From positions 1 to 64,000 of the forward strand of contig MHLM01000014.1 of NCBI GenBank assembly GCA_001821395.1: a DNA stretch of 64,000 nt, in the 5' to 3' direction. A program made the translations under genes and the position numbers. Below, piece by piece: positions 7,432 to 17,577 of this stretch (position 1 is its first letter; every line of letters starts with the position of its first letter). The notes below the pieces were generated by a model, which was not told the origin of the DNA, made no database searches, and saw only the letters and a list, made by a program, of their open reading frames with translations. The stretch is from Candidatus Lloydbacteria bacterium RIFCSPHIGHO2_02_FULL_50_18 (GTDB lineage Bacteria > Patescibacteriota > Minisyncoccia > Phycocordibacterales > UBA6899).

Positions 7432-9618
7432 TTGGTTTATAATGAAACGAGTATGCCCATTCCGAGTAACAACCCCGACAAGATCACTTATTTCGCCGAA
7501 ACGGACTATCGCTCAAAGCGGATCAAGTTTGGTATTCGCGATGATGACCGAGGAAAGCATGTCTACGTGATAGGAAAGACGGGAATGGGAAAGTCTACAT
7601 TGCTCGAGAATCTGGCGATCCAAGATATTCAAAACGGTGAGGGTGTCTGTTTTATCGATCCACACGGAGGTACTGCCGAAACATTGCTTTCCTATGTTCC
7701 AGAGGATCGCATAAAGGATGTCATTTATTTTGCACCGTTCGATCAGGAGTTTCCGGTCGGGTTGAATGTGATGGAAGACATGGGTCGCGACAAGCGTCCG
7801 CTCGTTGTGTCGGGCTTGATGGGCGCATTCAAAAAGGTCTGGGTCGACGCATGGAGCGCACGCATGGAATATATTCTGAACAATGCGATGCTCGCACTTA
7901 TGGAAACATCCGGCTCGACGCTCTTGGGGGTTAATCGCATGTTTGCCGACAAGGATTATCGCACGACGATCGTTGCGAACGTGACCGATCCGTCGGTGAA
8001 GGCATTTTGGCTTGATGAGTACGCAAAATATTCTGACAAGTTCGCGACCGAGGCGACTGCGGCGATCCAAAACAAGGTCGGGCAATTTGCCGCCAATCCG
8101 CTCATTCGCAACTTGGTCGGTCAGCCCAAATCGACGTTCGACATTCGCAAGGTCATGGACGAACGCAAGATACTCATCGTCAATCTTTCAAAGGGGCGCA
8201 TGGGTGAGGGGAATGCAAATCTCGTGGGCTCAATGCTCATCACGAAGATCTACCTCGCCGCAATGTCTCGCGCCGACGTCGGGCCGGAGGTGGTAAAAGG
8301 TCTTCCGCCATTTTATCTCTACGTTGACGAGTTTCAGTCGTTCGCCAATGAGTCGTTCGCGGACATTCTTTCCGAGGCGCGCAAATATAAACTATCGCTC
8401 ACGATCGCACACCAATACATCGAACAAATGTCCGATGAGGTTCGCGCCGCGGTGTTTGGGAACGTCGGTACGATGATCTCGTTTCGCGTTGGTTCATATG
8501 ACGCGGAAGTGCTCGAAAAAGAATTCGCCCCCGCGTTCCTTGCGGAAGACATTGTGAATCTCGGCTTCGCGCAAATATATCTCAAATTGATGATCAAGGG
8601 GATCGGCTCTCCGCCATTTTCGGCACAGACACTCAATCGCCCGAAATTGCCTGCATTGAATTATGCACAAGAGGTCATCGATGCGTCCCGCTCTCAATTC
8701 GCCCGCCCGCGCACGGAGGTGGAAGACGAGATCCGTAAGTGGCATGAGCCGGTCCAACTGCCGCCGCGAGATCCGAACGCCCCGCTTCCCCCTGAAACAA
8801 AAAAGTACGCACCGGGACTTCGCCCATCACGCCCGCCGGCTTTCGTTCCGTCACCGCTCGCAGTACGCACCTTTACACCAAGTGGGGTGGTGGTGACTCC
8901 TCCGGCGGCGCCGGCACTCTCGGTTCCCGTCGCCCTCCCGATTGCCGCACTCGCACCGATACCTTCCCCGATTGCTGTTCCCGTGCCTCTCCCGATCGTG
9001 ACACGTCCGTCTCTCAGTGTTCCAAAAGCTCCCTATCATGCAGCTTCGTTACCGTCGATTCCTGCGTTGAGCATTAAAAAGACACCCGTTGTGGAGGAAG
9101 TAGTGGCGATGAAGGTACTGGAGCAGAAGGGAACGGGAAAGACTATACCGACGCACCCCCCAGTGCACCAACCGTTCAAGCAGGTGTTTTCAGCAATAAA
9201 GACCGAAGCGCCGGCAAAGGAGTTTGTTCCGAGCCAGCCCAAATTTGTGCCAAGCGGTGGTCCCAAAAGAACAGAAGAAGAAATGAGCATGCCGCTCTCT
9301 ATCCTGAAGTCACAGCCTAAAAAAGACAAAGGTCCTTCTGAGGAAAATCTTTCTTCGCTCAAAGAGGCACTCATGGCGACAATGGCATCGCAGAAAAAAA
9401 AGGAAGGACAAACTGAAGTGCCTCAAACAGCAGGCGAGAAGGAACAAAAGGATACTACGGTAGCTCCTTTGGGGGCGCCTGTTGTGAGCAGCTTCATGCC
9501 AACTCCATCAAAAACAGCTATCGTTGAAAAGCGGAATGAGCTGCTTGAAGATGTTCCGACTCCGGTTCCAACCCGTGAGATTCCCGAACATGTACTGCGC
9601 GGTTTATTGGAGGATTGA
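7432..9618 (+). CDS. TraD/VirD4-like coupling ATPase (type IV secretion DNA-binding domain family) with a long Pro/Ala/Val-rich C-terminal tail
   Basis: Walker A GKTGMGKST, Walker B LYVDEFQ, and the TraD/TrwB-like architecture common in CPR genomes. The C-terminal ~270 aa are low complexity (PSPLAVRTFTP..PIPSPIAVPVPLP). Confidence 0.55.
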   Translation: MVYNETSMPIPSNNPDKITYFAETDYRSKRIKFGIRDDDRGKHVYVIGKTGMGKSTLLENLAIQDIQNGEGVCFIDPHGGTAETLLSYVPEDRIKDVIYFAPFDQEFPVGLNVMEDMGRDKRPLVVSGLMGAFKKVWVDAWSARMEYILNNAMLALMETSGSTLLGVNRMFADKDYRTTIVANVTDPSVKAFWLDEYAKYSDKFATEATAAIQNKVGQFAANPLIRNLVGQPKSTFDIRKVMDERKILIVNLSKGRMGEGNANLVGSMLITKIYLAAMSRADVGPEVVKGLPPFYLYVDEFQSFANESFADILSEARKYKLSLTIAHQYIEQMSDEVRAAVFGNVGTMISFRVGSYDAEVLEKEFAPAFLAEDIVNLGFAQIYLKLMIKGIGSPPFSAQTLNRPKLPALNYAQEVIDASRSQFARPRTEVEDEIRKWHEPVQLPPRDPNAPLPPETKKYAPGLRPSRPPAFVPSPLAVRTFTPSGVVVTPPAAPALSVPVALPIAALAPIPSPIAVPVPLPIVTRPSLSVPKAPYHAASLPSIPALSIKKTPVVEEVVAMKVLEQKGTGKTIPTHPPVHQPFKQVFSAIKTEAPAKEFVPSQPKFVPSGGPKRTEEEMSMPLSILKSQPKKDKGPSEENLSSLKEALMATMASQKKKEGQTEVPQTAGEKEQKDTTVAPLGAPVVSSFMPTPSKTAIVEKRNELLEDVPTPVPTREIPEHVLRGLLED

Positions 9619-9732
9619 TACCGGAGCGAGAAGGAAGAAGAACGGGCTGTGGTCGAATTTGACAAGAGCAGAAAACTTCATTACTCTAAAGACAGAGGTA
9701 TTTTCATTCACATACAGAAATGAGGTGTAATC

Positions 9733-11010
9733 ATGGCAACACGTCCTGACTCATCCACGGAAAAAACGCTATTCTGCTCGTTTTGTGCAAAAAGCCAACA
9801 TGAGGTCAAGAAGCTCATCAGGGGCCCTACCGTTTTCATTTGCGACGAATGCATCGAGCAATGTGTCGATATCATTAGCGGTGCAGAGGAGAACAAAAGT
9901 CCGCCTGCTGAACAAAATCTTCCGACACCCGAAGAGATCGTCGCCAAATTGGGCGAATACGTGATCGGGCAGAACCTCCCCAAAGAGGTCCTTGCGGTCG
10001 CGGCATATCAGCACTACAGGCGCATGTCCAACAATGGTCATGTGAAAGACGGAGTCGAAGTCGAGAAATCGAACGTCTTGCTCATCGGTCCCACCGGCTC
10101 AGGAAAGACTCATATCGCTAAGACGCTTGCGCGGATCTTGAACGTTCCGTTCGCCGAAGAAGATCTCACTGCGGTCACCACGCCGGGCTATGTCGGCAAG
10201 GACGTTGAAGATGTCCTCGTGCGACTGGTTCAGAGTGCAAAGGGTGATGTATCCAAAGCGGAGTTCGGAGTTGTTTTCCTCGATGAGGTGGACAAACTCG
10301 GAAAGCATGAAGGTCCCGGCACCAGTCAGGGTTTTGGCTCCGGTGTGCAAAATGCGCTCCTGAAAATGATCGAAGGAACGGTCGTTGAGGTGACTCCCGA
10401 TGGGAAACGTCTGCAGCCGGGTCAAGAACCGATCAGGCTCAACACGAAGAATATTCTCTTTGTGTGCGCGGGTGCATTTGACGGTCTCGAGAAGATCGTC
10501 GCCAAAAGAGTGCGCGACAAAAGCGGTAGCGGCGGCGGGATGGGATTCAATGCGACGAGCGTGGGCGGCCATCTCAACACTCCGAAGGCGCTCATTCACA
10601 AAGTGACACCTGAAGACCTTGCTGCATTCGGTTTCGACACGCAGTTCATCGCTCGTCTCCCTATCCGGGCGACATTCGACGAATTGAATGAAGAAATGCT
10701 TGAAGCGATCCTCACGGTCCCTAAAAATGCGCTGCTCCGGCAATTTTCCGAGATCATTGCACGTGAAGGGGCCGAATCGGTGTATGACCCCGATGCGGTC
10801 AAGGAGATCGCGAAGAAGGCACTCCGGGAAAAAATGGGCGCACGCGGTCTTCGGACTATTTGCGCAAATCTTTATCACAAGACGTTCCTGACGCTCCCGA
10901 CGTATCAACGAAGCGGTCGCAAGGTTACCACCGTGCATCTCACGGGGGAAAACGTGCTGAAGGACGAATCCCCGGAATTGATATTCGCCCCGCTCCTGTT
11001 GTCACGCTAG
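9733..11010 (+). CDS. clpX: ATP-dependent Clp protease ATP-binding subunit ClpX
   Basis: N-terminal zinc ribbon CSFCAKSQHEV..CDECI, Walker A GPTGSGKTHIAKTLA, and a pore loop GYVGKDVE. Confidence 0.92.
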   Translation: MATRPDSSTEKTLFCSFCAKSQHEVKKLIRGPTVFICDECIEQCVDIISGAEENKSPPAEQNLPTPEEIVAKLGEYVIGQNLPKEVLAVAAYQHYRRMSNNGHVKDGVEVEKSNVLLIGPTGSGKTHIAKTLARILNVPFAEEDLTAVTTPGYVGKDVEDVLVRLVQSAKGDVSKAEFGVVFLDEVDKLGKHEGPGTSQGFGSGVQNALLKMIEGTVVEVTPDGKRLQPGQEPIRLNTKNILFVCAGAFDGLEKIVAKRVRDKSGSGGGMGFNATSVGGHLNTPKALIHKVTPEDLAAFGFDTQFIARLPIRATFDELNEEMLEAILTVPKNALLRQFSEIIAREGAESVYDPDAVKEIAKKALREKMGARGLRTICANLYHKTFLTLPTYQRSGRKVTTVHLTGENVLKDESPELIFAPLLLSR

Positions 11011-11125
11011 GGAATTTCCGCGGACTGAATTCTGGTGTTCTCACAAACTCTTGACACTCGTGTCAAGAGTTTTTTTGTTGAGCAAAATACTTGCAGCACG
11101 CTTTTTTGCGAGTAAAATCCGAACT

Positions 11126-12622
11126 ATGAAAAGAATGATCATCGGAGGCGTCATCGTGTTATGGGCAACGTGTGTCTGCCCTGCATATGCGAGCGTTGTC
11201 ATCAATGAAATCGCTTGGATGGGAACGGTGGTTTCTGCCAATGATGAATGGATCGAGTTGCACAATGATGGCACTCTACCGGTTGATGTTTCCGGTTGGA
11301 CGCTTCGGGCCGATGATGGTTCTCCGTCGATCACCCTCTCCGGTACGATAGCGGAAAGCGGGTACTTCCTCCTCGAGCGTACGAGTGACGAAAGCGTTCC
11401 CACTATTCCGGCTGATCAGATCTATGTCGGCGCTCTCGGTAATGAGTCTGGTGAGACACTTCGTCTTAGGAATGAGAACGGTGATGATGTTGACGTCGTT
11501 GTTGGAGGATTGAACTGGGAGAATGTCGGGGGAGACAATGTAACAAAAGACACGGCGCAGCGTATTGCGAACGGTTGGGCGACGGGTGCCCCGACTCCTC
11601 GTGCGGAAAATACCGCGACCGCGGGTGAAGTTGCCGGCGCAAGCACGGTCATCTCGACCGATACTGCGGCAGAGACAGCCGTCGCTCCGAGTGGTGGGTC
11701 ATTATCCGGAGGCTCGGTCGTGAAGTCTCCTTATCCGCGCAATAATATCGTCGTTGAAGCGGGGGAAGACCTGCGTGCGTTCACTTCATTTCCGGTCATG
11801 TTCTCGGGAAGTTCGACCGGCCTCTATAATGAGCCGCTTTCACGCGCAACGTACCGATGGAATTTTGGCGACGGAATGATAGGAGTCGGCCCCACGGTTG
11901 CTCATGAATATGAATTTCCCGGAGTGTATGTGGTGACACTCGAAGTATTCCTGGCGGAATACCATAGTGCGGACCGCCTTGCTGTTTCTGTGACCGATCC
12001 GGATGTCATCATTTCAAAAGTCGTCTCGGGCGAGAAAGGTTACGTCGAACTGACGGATCGCACCGATCGTGAGATGGACCTCTCGGGATGGTCTCTCTCC
12101 GATGGAAGCGCCACGCCGTTTGTCTTTGCTCCAAACTCCATCATTCTACCGAAACATACATTTCTTATTTCGCATCATACGAGCGGCGTTGCCCCCGCAG
12201 CGACGAGCATTACACTCCGCGATCCGCGCGGTGCCAGTATCTTTGTGTGGAATGCTCTCAACTCGTCAGTCGTAGCCGCCCCCACGTCTCTACCTCTTGT
12301 GAGCAAACAGTCCGGAATACAACGAGCAAGTAGTGAGAAAAAACTCATTGAAAAAGTATTGCCAACACCTCCGAGCGAGGAGGGTGTCGCTTCAGCTCTC
12401 GGGACAACGACGACCGGTGCAACCATCCTATGGGAGGGGCAGCCCGCCGGAACCGCGCTTTCTGGTTCGTTCGTGGGCAATGGGATGAAGTGGATCTTTG
12501 TGCTGTGCACGGTCCTGCTGATCGTCATCGCGGGAACCATCATCGCGAGAAGCGGCGGTGAGGCGGTGCTTCCCGCTGATGAATATATCATCATCGAGGG
12601 AAAGGATGAGTTTAATAACTAA
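11126..12622 (+). CDS. cell-surface lamin-tail-domain (LTD) protein: signal peptide, LTD, PKD-like domain, second LTD and a C-terminal TM anchor
   Basis: LTD signatures VINEIAWMG..DEWIELHN..VSGWTL and a second VISKVV..YVELTD..LSGWSL. PKD-like YRWNFGDG. Hydrophobic C-terminal helix. Confidence 0.65.
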   Translation: MKRMIIGGVIVLWATCVCPAYASVVINEIAWMGTVVSANDEWIELHNDGTLPVDVSGWTLRADDGSPSITLSGTIAESGYFLLERTSDESVPTIPADQIYVGALGNESGETLRLRNENGDDVDVVVGGLNWENVGGDNVTKDTAQRIANGWATGAPTPRAENTATAGEVAGASTVISTDTAAETAVAPSGGSLSGGSVVKSPYPRNNIVVEAGEDLRAFTSFPVMFSGSSTGLYNEPLSRATYRWNFGDGMIGVGPTVAHEYEFPGVYVVTLEVFLAEYHSADRLAVSVTDPDVIISKVVSGEKGYVELTDRTDREMDLSGWSLSDGSATPFVFAPNSIILPKHTFLISHHTSGVAPAATSITLRDPRGASIFVWNALNSSVVAAPTSLPLVSKQSGIQRASSEKKLIEKVLPTPPSEEGVASALGTTTTGATILWEGQPAGTALSGSFVGNGMKWIFVLCTVLLIVIAGTIIARSGGEAVLPADEYIIIEGKDEFNN

Positions 12623-12671
12623 TACGATGCAGATAAAATACACCCGTTCTCGTATGGAGCGGGTGTTTTGT

Positions 12672-13391
12672 TTATTTTGGCACGACGCCAAATTTTGCGA
12701 GTGCGAGGGAGAGTATTTCAATCGAGTCGCAGCGTGCATCATACACGATACCGCGACCACCGAGCGCTTCCCATGCGGTGATGTTCTCGGGAAGGTCATC
12801 AATGAACAGGCAGTGTGACGGATGAACCCCCGCACGCCGTAGTGCCTCTTGATAGATGGGCAGGTCGGGTTTGACCGCTCCAACGACATACGAGAGAATG
12901 CGCTGTTCCCATTCTCGAAAATGATGCTGAACGATCATCGTATGTGCGATATAGCGATTGAATATCATGCGATTCGTATTCGAGAGCAAGAACTTTTGCA
13001 GTGGGATGCGCGTGAGTAATTGGTCTAATTCTTTATTCTCAGCGATAAAGATACTTGACCACCATCTTGCGAAGGGCTCATAGTCGATCAGTCCCGCACA
13101 GTTGAATAGTTGTGTGATCTCGAAAAAGAATCGACTTGAGCTCATCATCCCGCTCTCGAGGCGTTCAAAGAACGGCCCATACGATTTCCCATGGGGCACT
13201 TCACCAATAAGAATCTTTTTCACCTCATCCGGCTGAATGCCGATCTGTTTGCTGAACGGATCGAGAAAACGATGAACGTCATATGTTGCGCATACATTCC
13301 CGAAATCAAAGAATAATGCTTTAATCGTTGGAGTTTTCAGTTTTCTTCTCCCGCGTTGTGTTTTACTGTCTTTGCGCAATCTACCATGCAT
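12672..13391 (-). CDS. HAD-superfamily hydrolase (putative phosphatase)
   Basis: Motif I-like ALFFDFGNV and a C-terminal LFIDDLPENI (motif IV region). Confidence 0.5.
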   Translation of the reverse strand: MHGRLRKDSKTQRGRRKLKTPTIKALFFDFGNVCATYDVHRFLDPFSKQIGIQPDEVKKILIGEVPHGKSYGPFFERLESGMMSSSRFFFEITQLFNCAGLIDYEPFARWWSSIFIAENKELDQLLTRIPLQKFLLSNTNRMIFNRYIAHTMIVQHHFREWEQRILSYVVGAVKPDLPIYQEALRRAGVHPSHCLFIDDLPENITAWEALGGRGIVYDARCDSIEILSLALAKFGVVPK

Positions 13392-13467
13392 TGCAGCATT
13401 GTCTATATGCTTGCTTTTTGTGCCTGGTCACCTTTTTTCGCGAGACACGTTATACTAAGACAACACT

Positions 13468-15027
13468 ATGCAAGCGACATCTGCACAAAAGACGATCCTG
13501 ATCACCGGCGGGGCCGGTTTCATCGGCTCTCACCTTGTTGAGAAATATCTCGCGCTCGGTCATCGGGTGATCGTTGTTGATAACCTTCAGACAACCTGGA
13601 AGCCCAAAAATATCGTACGCTTTTTTGATCATCCGAATTTTCAATTCATCAAAAAGGACATCATCGAGCCATTGTCGATACGGGGGCGCATCGACTGGAT
13701 ATTTAACTGTGCGTGTGCGGGTTCATATACAAGCTACCAGTTCAATCCCGTGCATACGGTGAAGACTAATACGGTCGGCATGATCAATCTGCTCGAACTT
13801 GCGAAAGAGCACGGGGCGCGTATCCTTCAGACCTCGACATCGGAAATTTATGGTGACCCGCTCGTGTCGCCACAGCGCGAAGACTATCGCGGCAATACAA
13901 GTACGCTCGGCCCCCGCGCCTGCTATGACGAAGGAAAGCGCGTCGCGGAAACACTGTGCATGGACTATCATCGCGAGTTCGGCACCGACGTACGAATCGT
14001 GCGCATCTTCAACACTTATGGTCCGAACATGGACATCAACGATGGGAGAGCGGTGACGAATTTTGTGATGAATGCACTGCAGAACAAAGACCTCGCGATC
14101 TATGGTGACGGATCAAATACCCGAAGCTTCCAATACATCGATGATCTCGTGGAGGGTCTCGATCGGATGATGAATACGGATGGCATTACCGGCCCGATCA
14201 ATCTCGGTAATCCCGGCGAGATCACCATGAAGGAGCTTGCAGAAAAGGTCATTGCGCTCACCGGCTCTTCTTCAAAGCTCGTCTACGTGCCCGGTGCGAC
14301 CGACGATCCGAGGCGGCGTTGTCCCGACATCGCACTCGCAAAAAAGGAGCTCGATTGGGAGCCGCACGTGGCACTCGAAGAGGGGCTGAAAAAGACCATT
14401 GCGTATTTTCGAACCTGTTCAGCCCCCGAGAAAAAAGTCCTTGTGTTCGCGACGACGTATTATCCCGACATGGGTCCCGCCGAAGAAGCACTGTTCGAAC
14501 TCTCGAAGCAAATGTCTGATACGGAATTTCACATTGTCACAACGAAGTTCGCGAAGGGGAGGCCGGTGCTTGAGGAGGTTGGCACGGACATCGTGCATCG
14601 TGTCGGTATCGGAAGCGCCCTAGATAAGTATCTTCTCCCCGTGCTTGGAGTATTAAAGGCGCATACGTTGAACAAACAGCATAATTACCGATTTGTCTGG
14701 TCGGTGATGGGTTCCTATTCAGGCTTTGCCGCGTTGCTCTATTGTTTGATGAACAGCGACAGCAATCTTCTCGTGACACTCGACGATAAAGAGGTCGCTC
14801 AAAAAGGGATAAAAGCGCGTCTCTTGCGTCCGATCTACAAACTCATTCTCGGAAAGGCGGGGACCATCTATGTGTCGAACATCGCACTCCGGCAGGGGTC
14901 CGCATTGCTCAAAGATCTGCCGAGCGTCACCGGAACCGGAGACACCAAAAGTTTCATGAACAAGGTTCGTTTCACCTACGCCGATCTCGCCAACAAGCAG
15001 GAAAAGAAGCTCGACCGCCCCAAATAG
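13468..15027 (+). CDS. UDP-glucuronate decarboxylase / UDP-xylose synthase-like extended SDR (aa 1-315) fused to a GT4 N-terminal-domain-like extension (aa ~320-519)
   Basis: TGGAGFIGSHL Rossmann motif, YxxxK (YDEGKR) and the rest of the UXS/ArnA-decarboxylase family. The C-terminal extension KKVLVFATTYYPDMGPAEE...FHIVTT...HRVGIG aligns with the N-terminus of the next GT4. Confidence 0.7.
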   Translation: MQATSAQKTILITGGAGFIGSHLVEKYLALGHRVIVVDNLQTTWKPKNIVRFFDHPNFQFIKKDIIEPLSIRGRIDWIFNCACAGSYTSYQFNPVHTVKTNTVGMINLLELAKEHGARILQTSTSEIYGDPLVSPQREDYRGNTSTLGPRACYDEGKRVAETLCMDYHREFGTDVRIVRIFNTYGPNMDINDGRAVTNFVMNALQNKDLAIYGDGSNTRSFQYIDDLVEGLDRMMNTDGITGPINLGNPGEITMKELAEKVIALTGSSSKLVYVPGATDDPRRRCPDIALAKKELDWEPHVALEEGLKKTIAYFRTCSAPEKKVLVFATTYYPDMGPAEEALFELSKQMSDTEFHIVTTKFAKGRPVLEEVGTDIVHRVGIGSALDKYLLPVLGVLKAHTLNKQHNYRFVWSVMGSYSGFAALLYCLMNSDSNLLVTLDDKEVAQKGIKARLLRPIYKLILGKAGTIYVSNIALRQGSALLKDLPSVTGTGDTKSFMNKVRFTYADLANKQEKKLDRPK

Positions 15028-15035
15028 TGTTTTGT

Positions 15036-16232
15036 ATGAAATCCATTCTCATTTTTTCACTGGCATATTTCCCGCGTCACGTAGGAGGAGCAGAAGTTGC
15101 GATAAAGGAAATTACTGATCGCATACCTGAAAATGATATCCAGTTTCACATGATCACCCTGCGATTTGACTCGACTCTTCCAAGGGTGGAGAGGGTGGGG
15201 AATGTGCTCGTGCATCGTATCGGGTTCACGCAAGCACATCCGGGCATGGCAGATCTTCGCAGATTTCCGCTCCATCTCAATAAATTCATCTATCAATTTT
15301 ATGCGCCATTAGTTGCATTGCGTCTCAATCGCATGTTTCACTATGATGAAGCGTGGGCGATGATGGCGCACTCCTGCGGAGTGCCCGCAACGGTATTTAA
15401 TTTTTTTTCTGGGGTGCCATACGTCCTTACTTTGCAGGAGGGAGATCCTATTCCCTATATCCTGAAGAAAGCAAGACCTGTCTATCCGCTTTTTGTAAGA
15501 GCATTTAGGAAGGCGAAGATCATTCAAGCGATTTCTACCTATCTTGCTGTTTGGGCACGAGATATGGGGTTTACGGGGCCACTCGTGGTCGTGCCTAACG
15601 CTGTTGATACAAAACATTTTTCACAAATATACTCGGATGATGAACTGCGTGAATTAAAAAAACAATTAGGAAAAAAAGATGGAGAAAAGTACGTAATTAC
15701 GACGTCGCGACTCGTTAATAAAAATGCTGTCGATGTTGTCATTCGCGCGATGAAATTGTTGCCTCCCAACTTTGTATTTCTAGTTCTTGGAATAGGTCCG
15801 GATGAGGATATCCTCAAAAAGCTTGCAGGGGATGTGGGAGTAGCAGATCGGGTGAAGTTTCTCGGGCAGATCGGGCATCAGGAGCTTCCGAAGTATCTTT
15901 GCGTCTCTGATGTATTCATAAGGCCGTCACGCTCTGAGGGGATGGGCATTTCATTTCTTGAGGCCATGGCCGCGCGTATTCCTGTTGTGGCAACAAAAGA
16001 GGGTGGTATCGCTGACTTTCTGTTTGACCCGGATCAGGATCCTGATAAAGAACCAACGGGTATTGCAGTGCACACCGATGACGTTGAAGATACCGCGCGG
16101 CAACTCCAGCGTATCACCTATGACGAAATGCTTCGCGCTCGCTGTATCAATAATGCACAGCGACTCGTCCTGCATCAGTATGACTGGGACCTGATCGCAA
16201 AGAATATGCGTGAAAAAGTCTTCCTCTCTTAA
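15036..16232 (+). CDS. glycosyltransferase family 4
   Basis: GT4 N-domain (ILIFSLAYFPRHVGGAEV) and C-domain (SRSEGMGISFLEAMAARIPVVAT, the E-x7-E region). Confidence 0.7.
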   Translation: MKSILIFSLAYFPRHVGGAEVAIKEITDRIPENDIQFHMITLRFDSTLPRVERVGNVLVHRIGFTQAHPGMADLRRFPLHLNKFIYQFYAPLVALRLNRMFHYDEAWAMMAHSCGVPATVFNFFSGVPYVLTLQEGDPIPYILKKARPVYPLFVRAFRKAKIIQAISTYLAVWARDMGFTGPLVVVPNAVDTKHFSQIYSDDELRELKKQLGKKDGEKYVITTSRLVNKNAVDVVIRAMKLLPPNFVFLVLGIGPDEDILKKLAGDVGVADRVKFLGQIGHQELPKYLCVSDVFIRPSRSEGMGISFLEAMAARIPVVATKEGGIADFLFDPDQDPDKEPTGIAVHTDDVEDTARQLQRITYDEMLRARCINNAQRLVLHQYDWDLIAKNMREKVFLS

Positions 16233-16467
16233 GAGTGGAGAAGTATGCTCTCCTCCCTTTTGGATCAGCGTTCGAAAAATGCTTATGAAAAGTGGATGTC
16301 AACAACCGAGAACACCGCTCACGGAAAGTTAGTTCATCTGAGAGAAAGGGGCAAATTTGCGCTAGAGTCGAAAATTTCTCGAAAATATCGGGGATGGTGC
16401 CTCGGCGAATACTATCAGGCCATTGCTTGGTCGTGACTATTTATTGAGCTACACTGTTTACATTCCT

Positions 16468-17577
16468 ATGAAGATCCTGATCGCTACACCGCTCTATCCT
16501 CCCGACGATGGGGGACCCGCAACACGCGCGCGTCTCCTCGAGCTGGCATTTCCTGAACATGGCACAGAAGTTTCCGTGGTATCGTTTTCGCATTTTCGGC
16601 ATCACCCGAAAGGGATCAGTCATTTGCTGTATGCGATCGCGCTTTGGAGGGCGGCTCACGGTGTTGATCTTATCTACGCGCTTGATCCGGTGTCGGTAGG
16701 TTTTTCGGCTGCGCTCGTTGCGCTCCTTGCGCGGAAACCGCTAGTCGTGTGCATTGTTGGAGACTATGCATGGGAGCAGGGCGCGCAGCGCGCGGGTGTG
16801 AAGGAAAATCTTGATGAATTCACGAAACGTACATCATACCCGCTTCTCGTTCGTGTACTGCGTGCTCTTCAGGGGTGGGTGGCGCGCCGCGCGGTCCGCA
16901 TCATTGTCCCGAGTTATTATTTGCAGGGAATCATCGCGAGTTGGGGAATACCAACGGAAAAGATCTCGGTCGTTTATAATGCTTTTGATCCGCAGATGAC
17001 GCGGGAGAGCAGGTCGACACTGCGCACAAAACTCGCCGTCGATGGACGACTCATCGTCACCGCCGGTCGCGCCGTGCCATGGAAGGGCTTTCCCGTACTC
17101 ATGGACGCCGTCGCAGAACTCCGGGCAGAATTTCCCGATGTAACACTGGTGATAGCGGGGAGTGGTGATCAATCGGAATATATTGCGTATGCAAAAAAGC
17201 AGGGATATGATTTCGTGCGCTTTCTTGGTCTGTTGTCTCATGATGAGCTTATGGAGTGGGTCCGTGCTGCGGATTGTTTTGCGCTTAATACCGGCTATGA
17301 GGGACTCTCCCATCTTTTGCTTGAAGCAATGGCACTTGAGACTCCAATCGTGACCACGAACGTTGGAGGGAACACCGAGTTGCTCGCGGATGGCCGAGGG
17401 GCATTGGTTCCCCATGATGATAAGGACGCACTTACCGCAGCACTTCACGATGTTTTGACAGATCAGGATGCGGCGGCAAAACGCACAAGCAAGGCCACGC
17501 AATTCGTGTCCGCATTTACCGTCTCACGCATGGTAGAAGAAAGCCTCAACATATTAAAAGAAGCCGCACATCCATGA
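16468..17577 (+). CDS. glycosyltransferase family 4
   Basis: MKILIATPLYPPDDGGPA N-domain. C-domain YEGLSHLLLEAMALETPIVTT. Confidence 0.7.
   Translation: MKILIATPLYPPDDGGPATRARLLELAFPEHGTEVSVVSFSHFRHHPKGISHLLYAIALWRAAHGVDLIYALDPVSVGFSAALVALLARKPLVVCIVGDYAWEQGAQRAGVKENLDEFTKRTSYPLLVRVLRALQGWVARRAVRIIVPSYYLQGIIASWGIPTEKISVVYNAFDPQMTRESRSTLRTKLAVDGRLIVTAGRAVPWKGFPVLMDAVAELRAEFPDVTLVIAGSGDQSEYIAYAKKQGYDFVRFLGLLSHDELMEWVRAADCFALNTGYEGLSHLLLEAMALETPIVTTNVGGNTELLADGRGALVPHDDKDALTAALHDVLTDQDAAAKRTSKATQFVSAFTVSRMVEESLNILKEAAHP

Noticed and set aside
7415..7445. TTGACA ... TATAAT promoter-like hexamers upstream of, and overlapping, the TraD-like start
   Set aside because: The spacer is only 12 bp, too short for a sigma70-type promoter, and the TATAAT lies inside the listed start codon region. 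It is not called as a promoter.
10099..10938. 279-aa antisense ORF within clpX
   Set aside because: It lies entirely inside a highly conserved clpX coding region on the opposite strand and has no recognisable domain, so it is a shadow ORF.
16834..17502. 222-aa minus-strand ORF inside a GT4 gene
   Set aside because: Antisense to a GT4 with clear motifs, with a Cys/Arg-rich low-complexity translation, so it is a shadow ORF.
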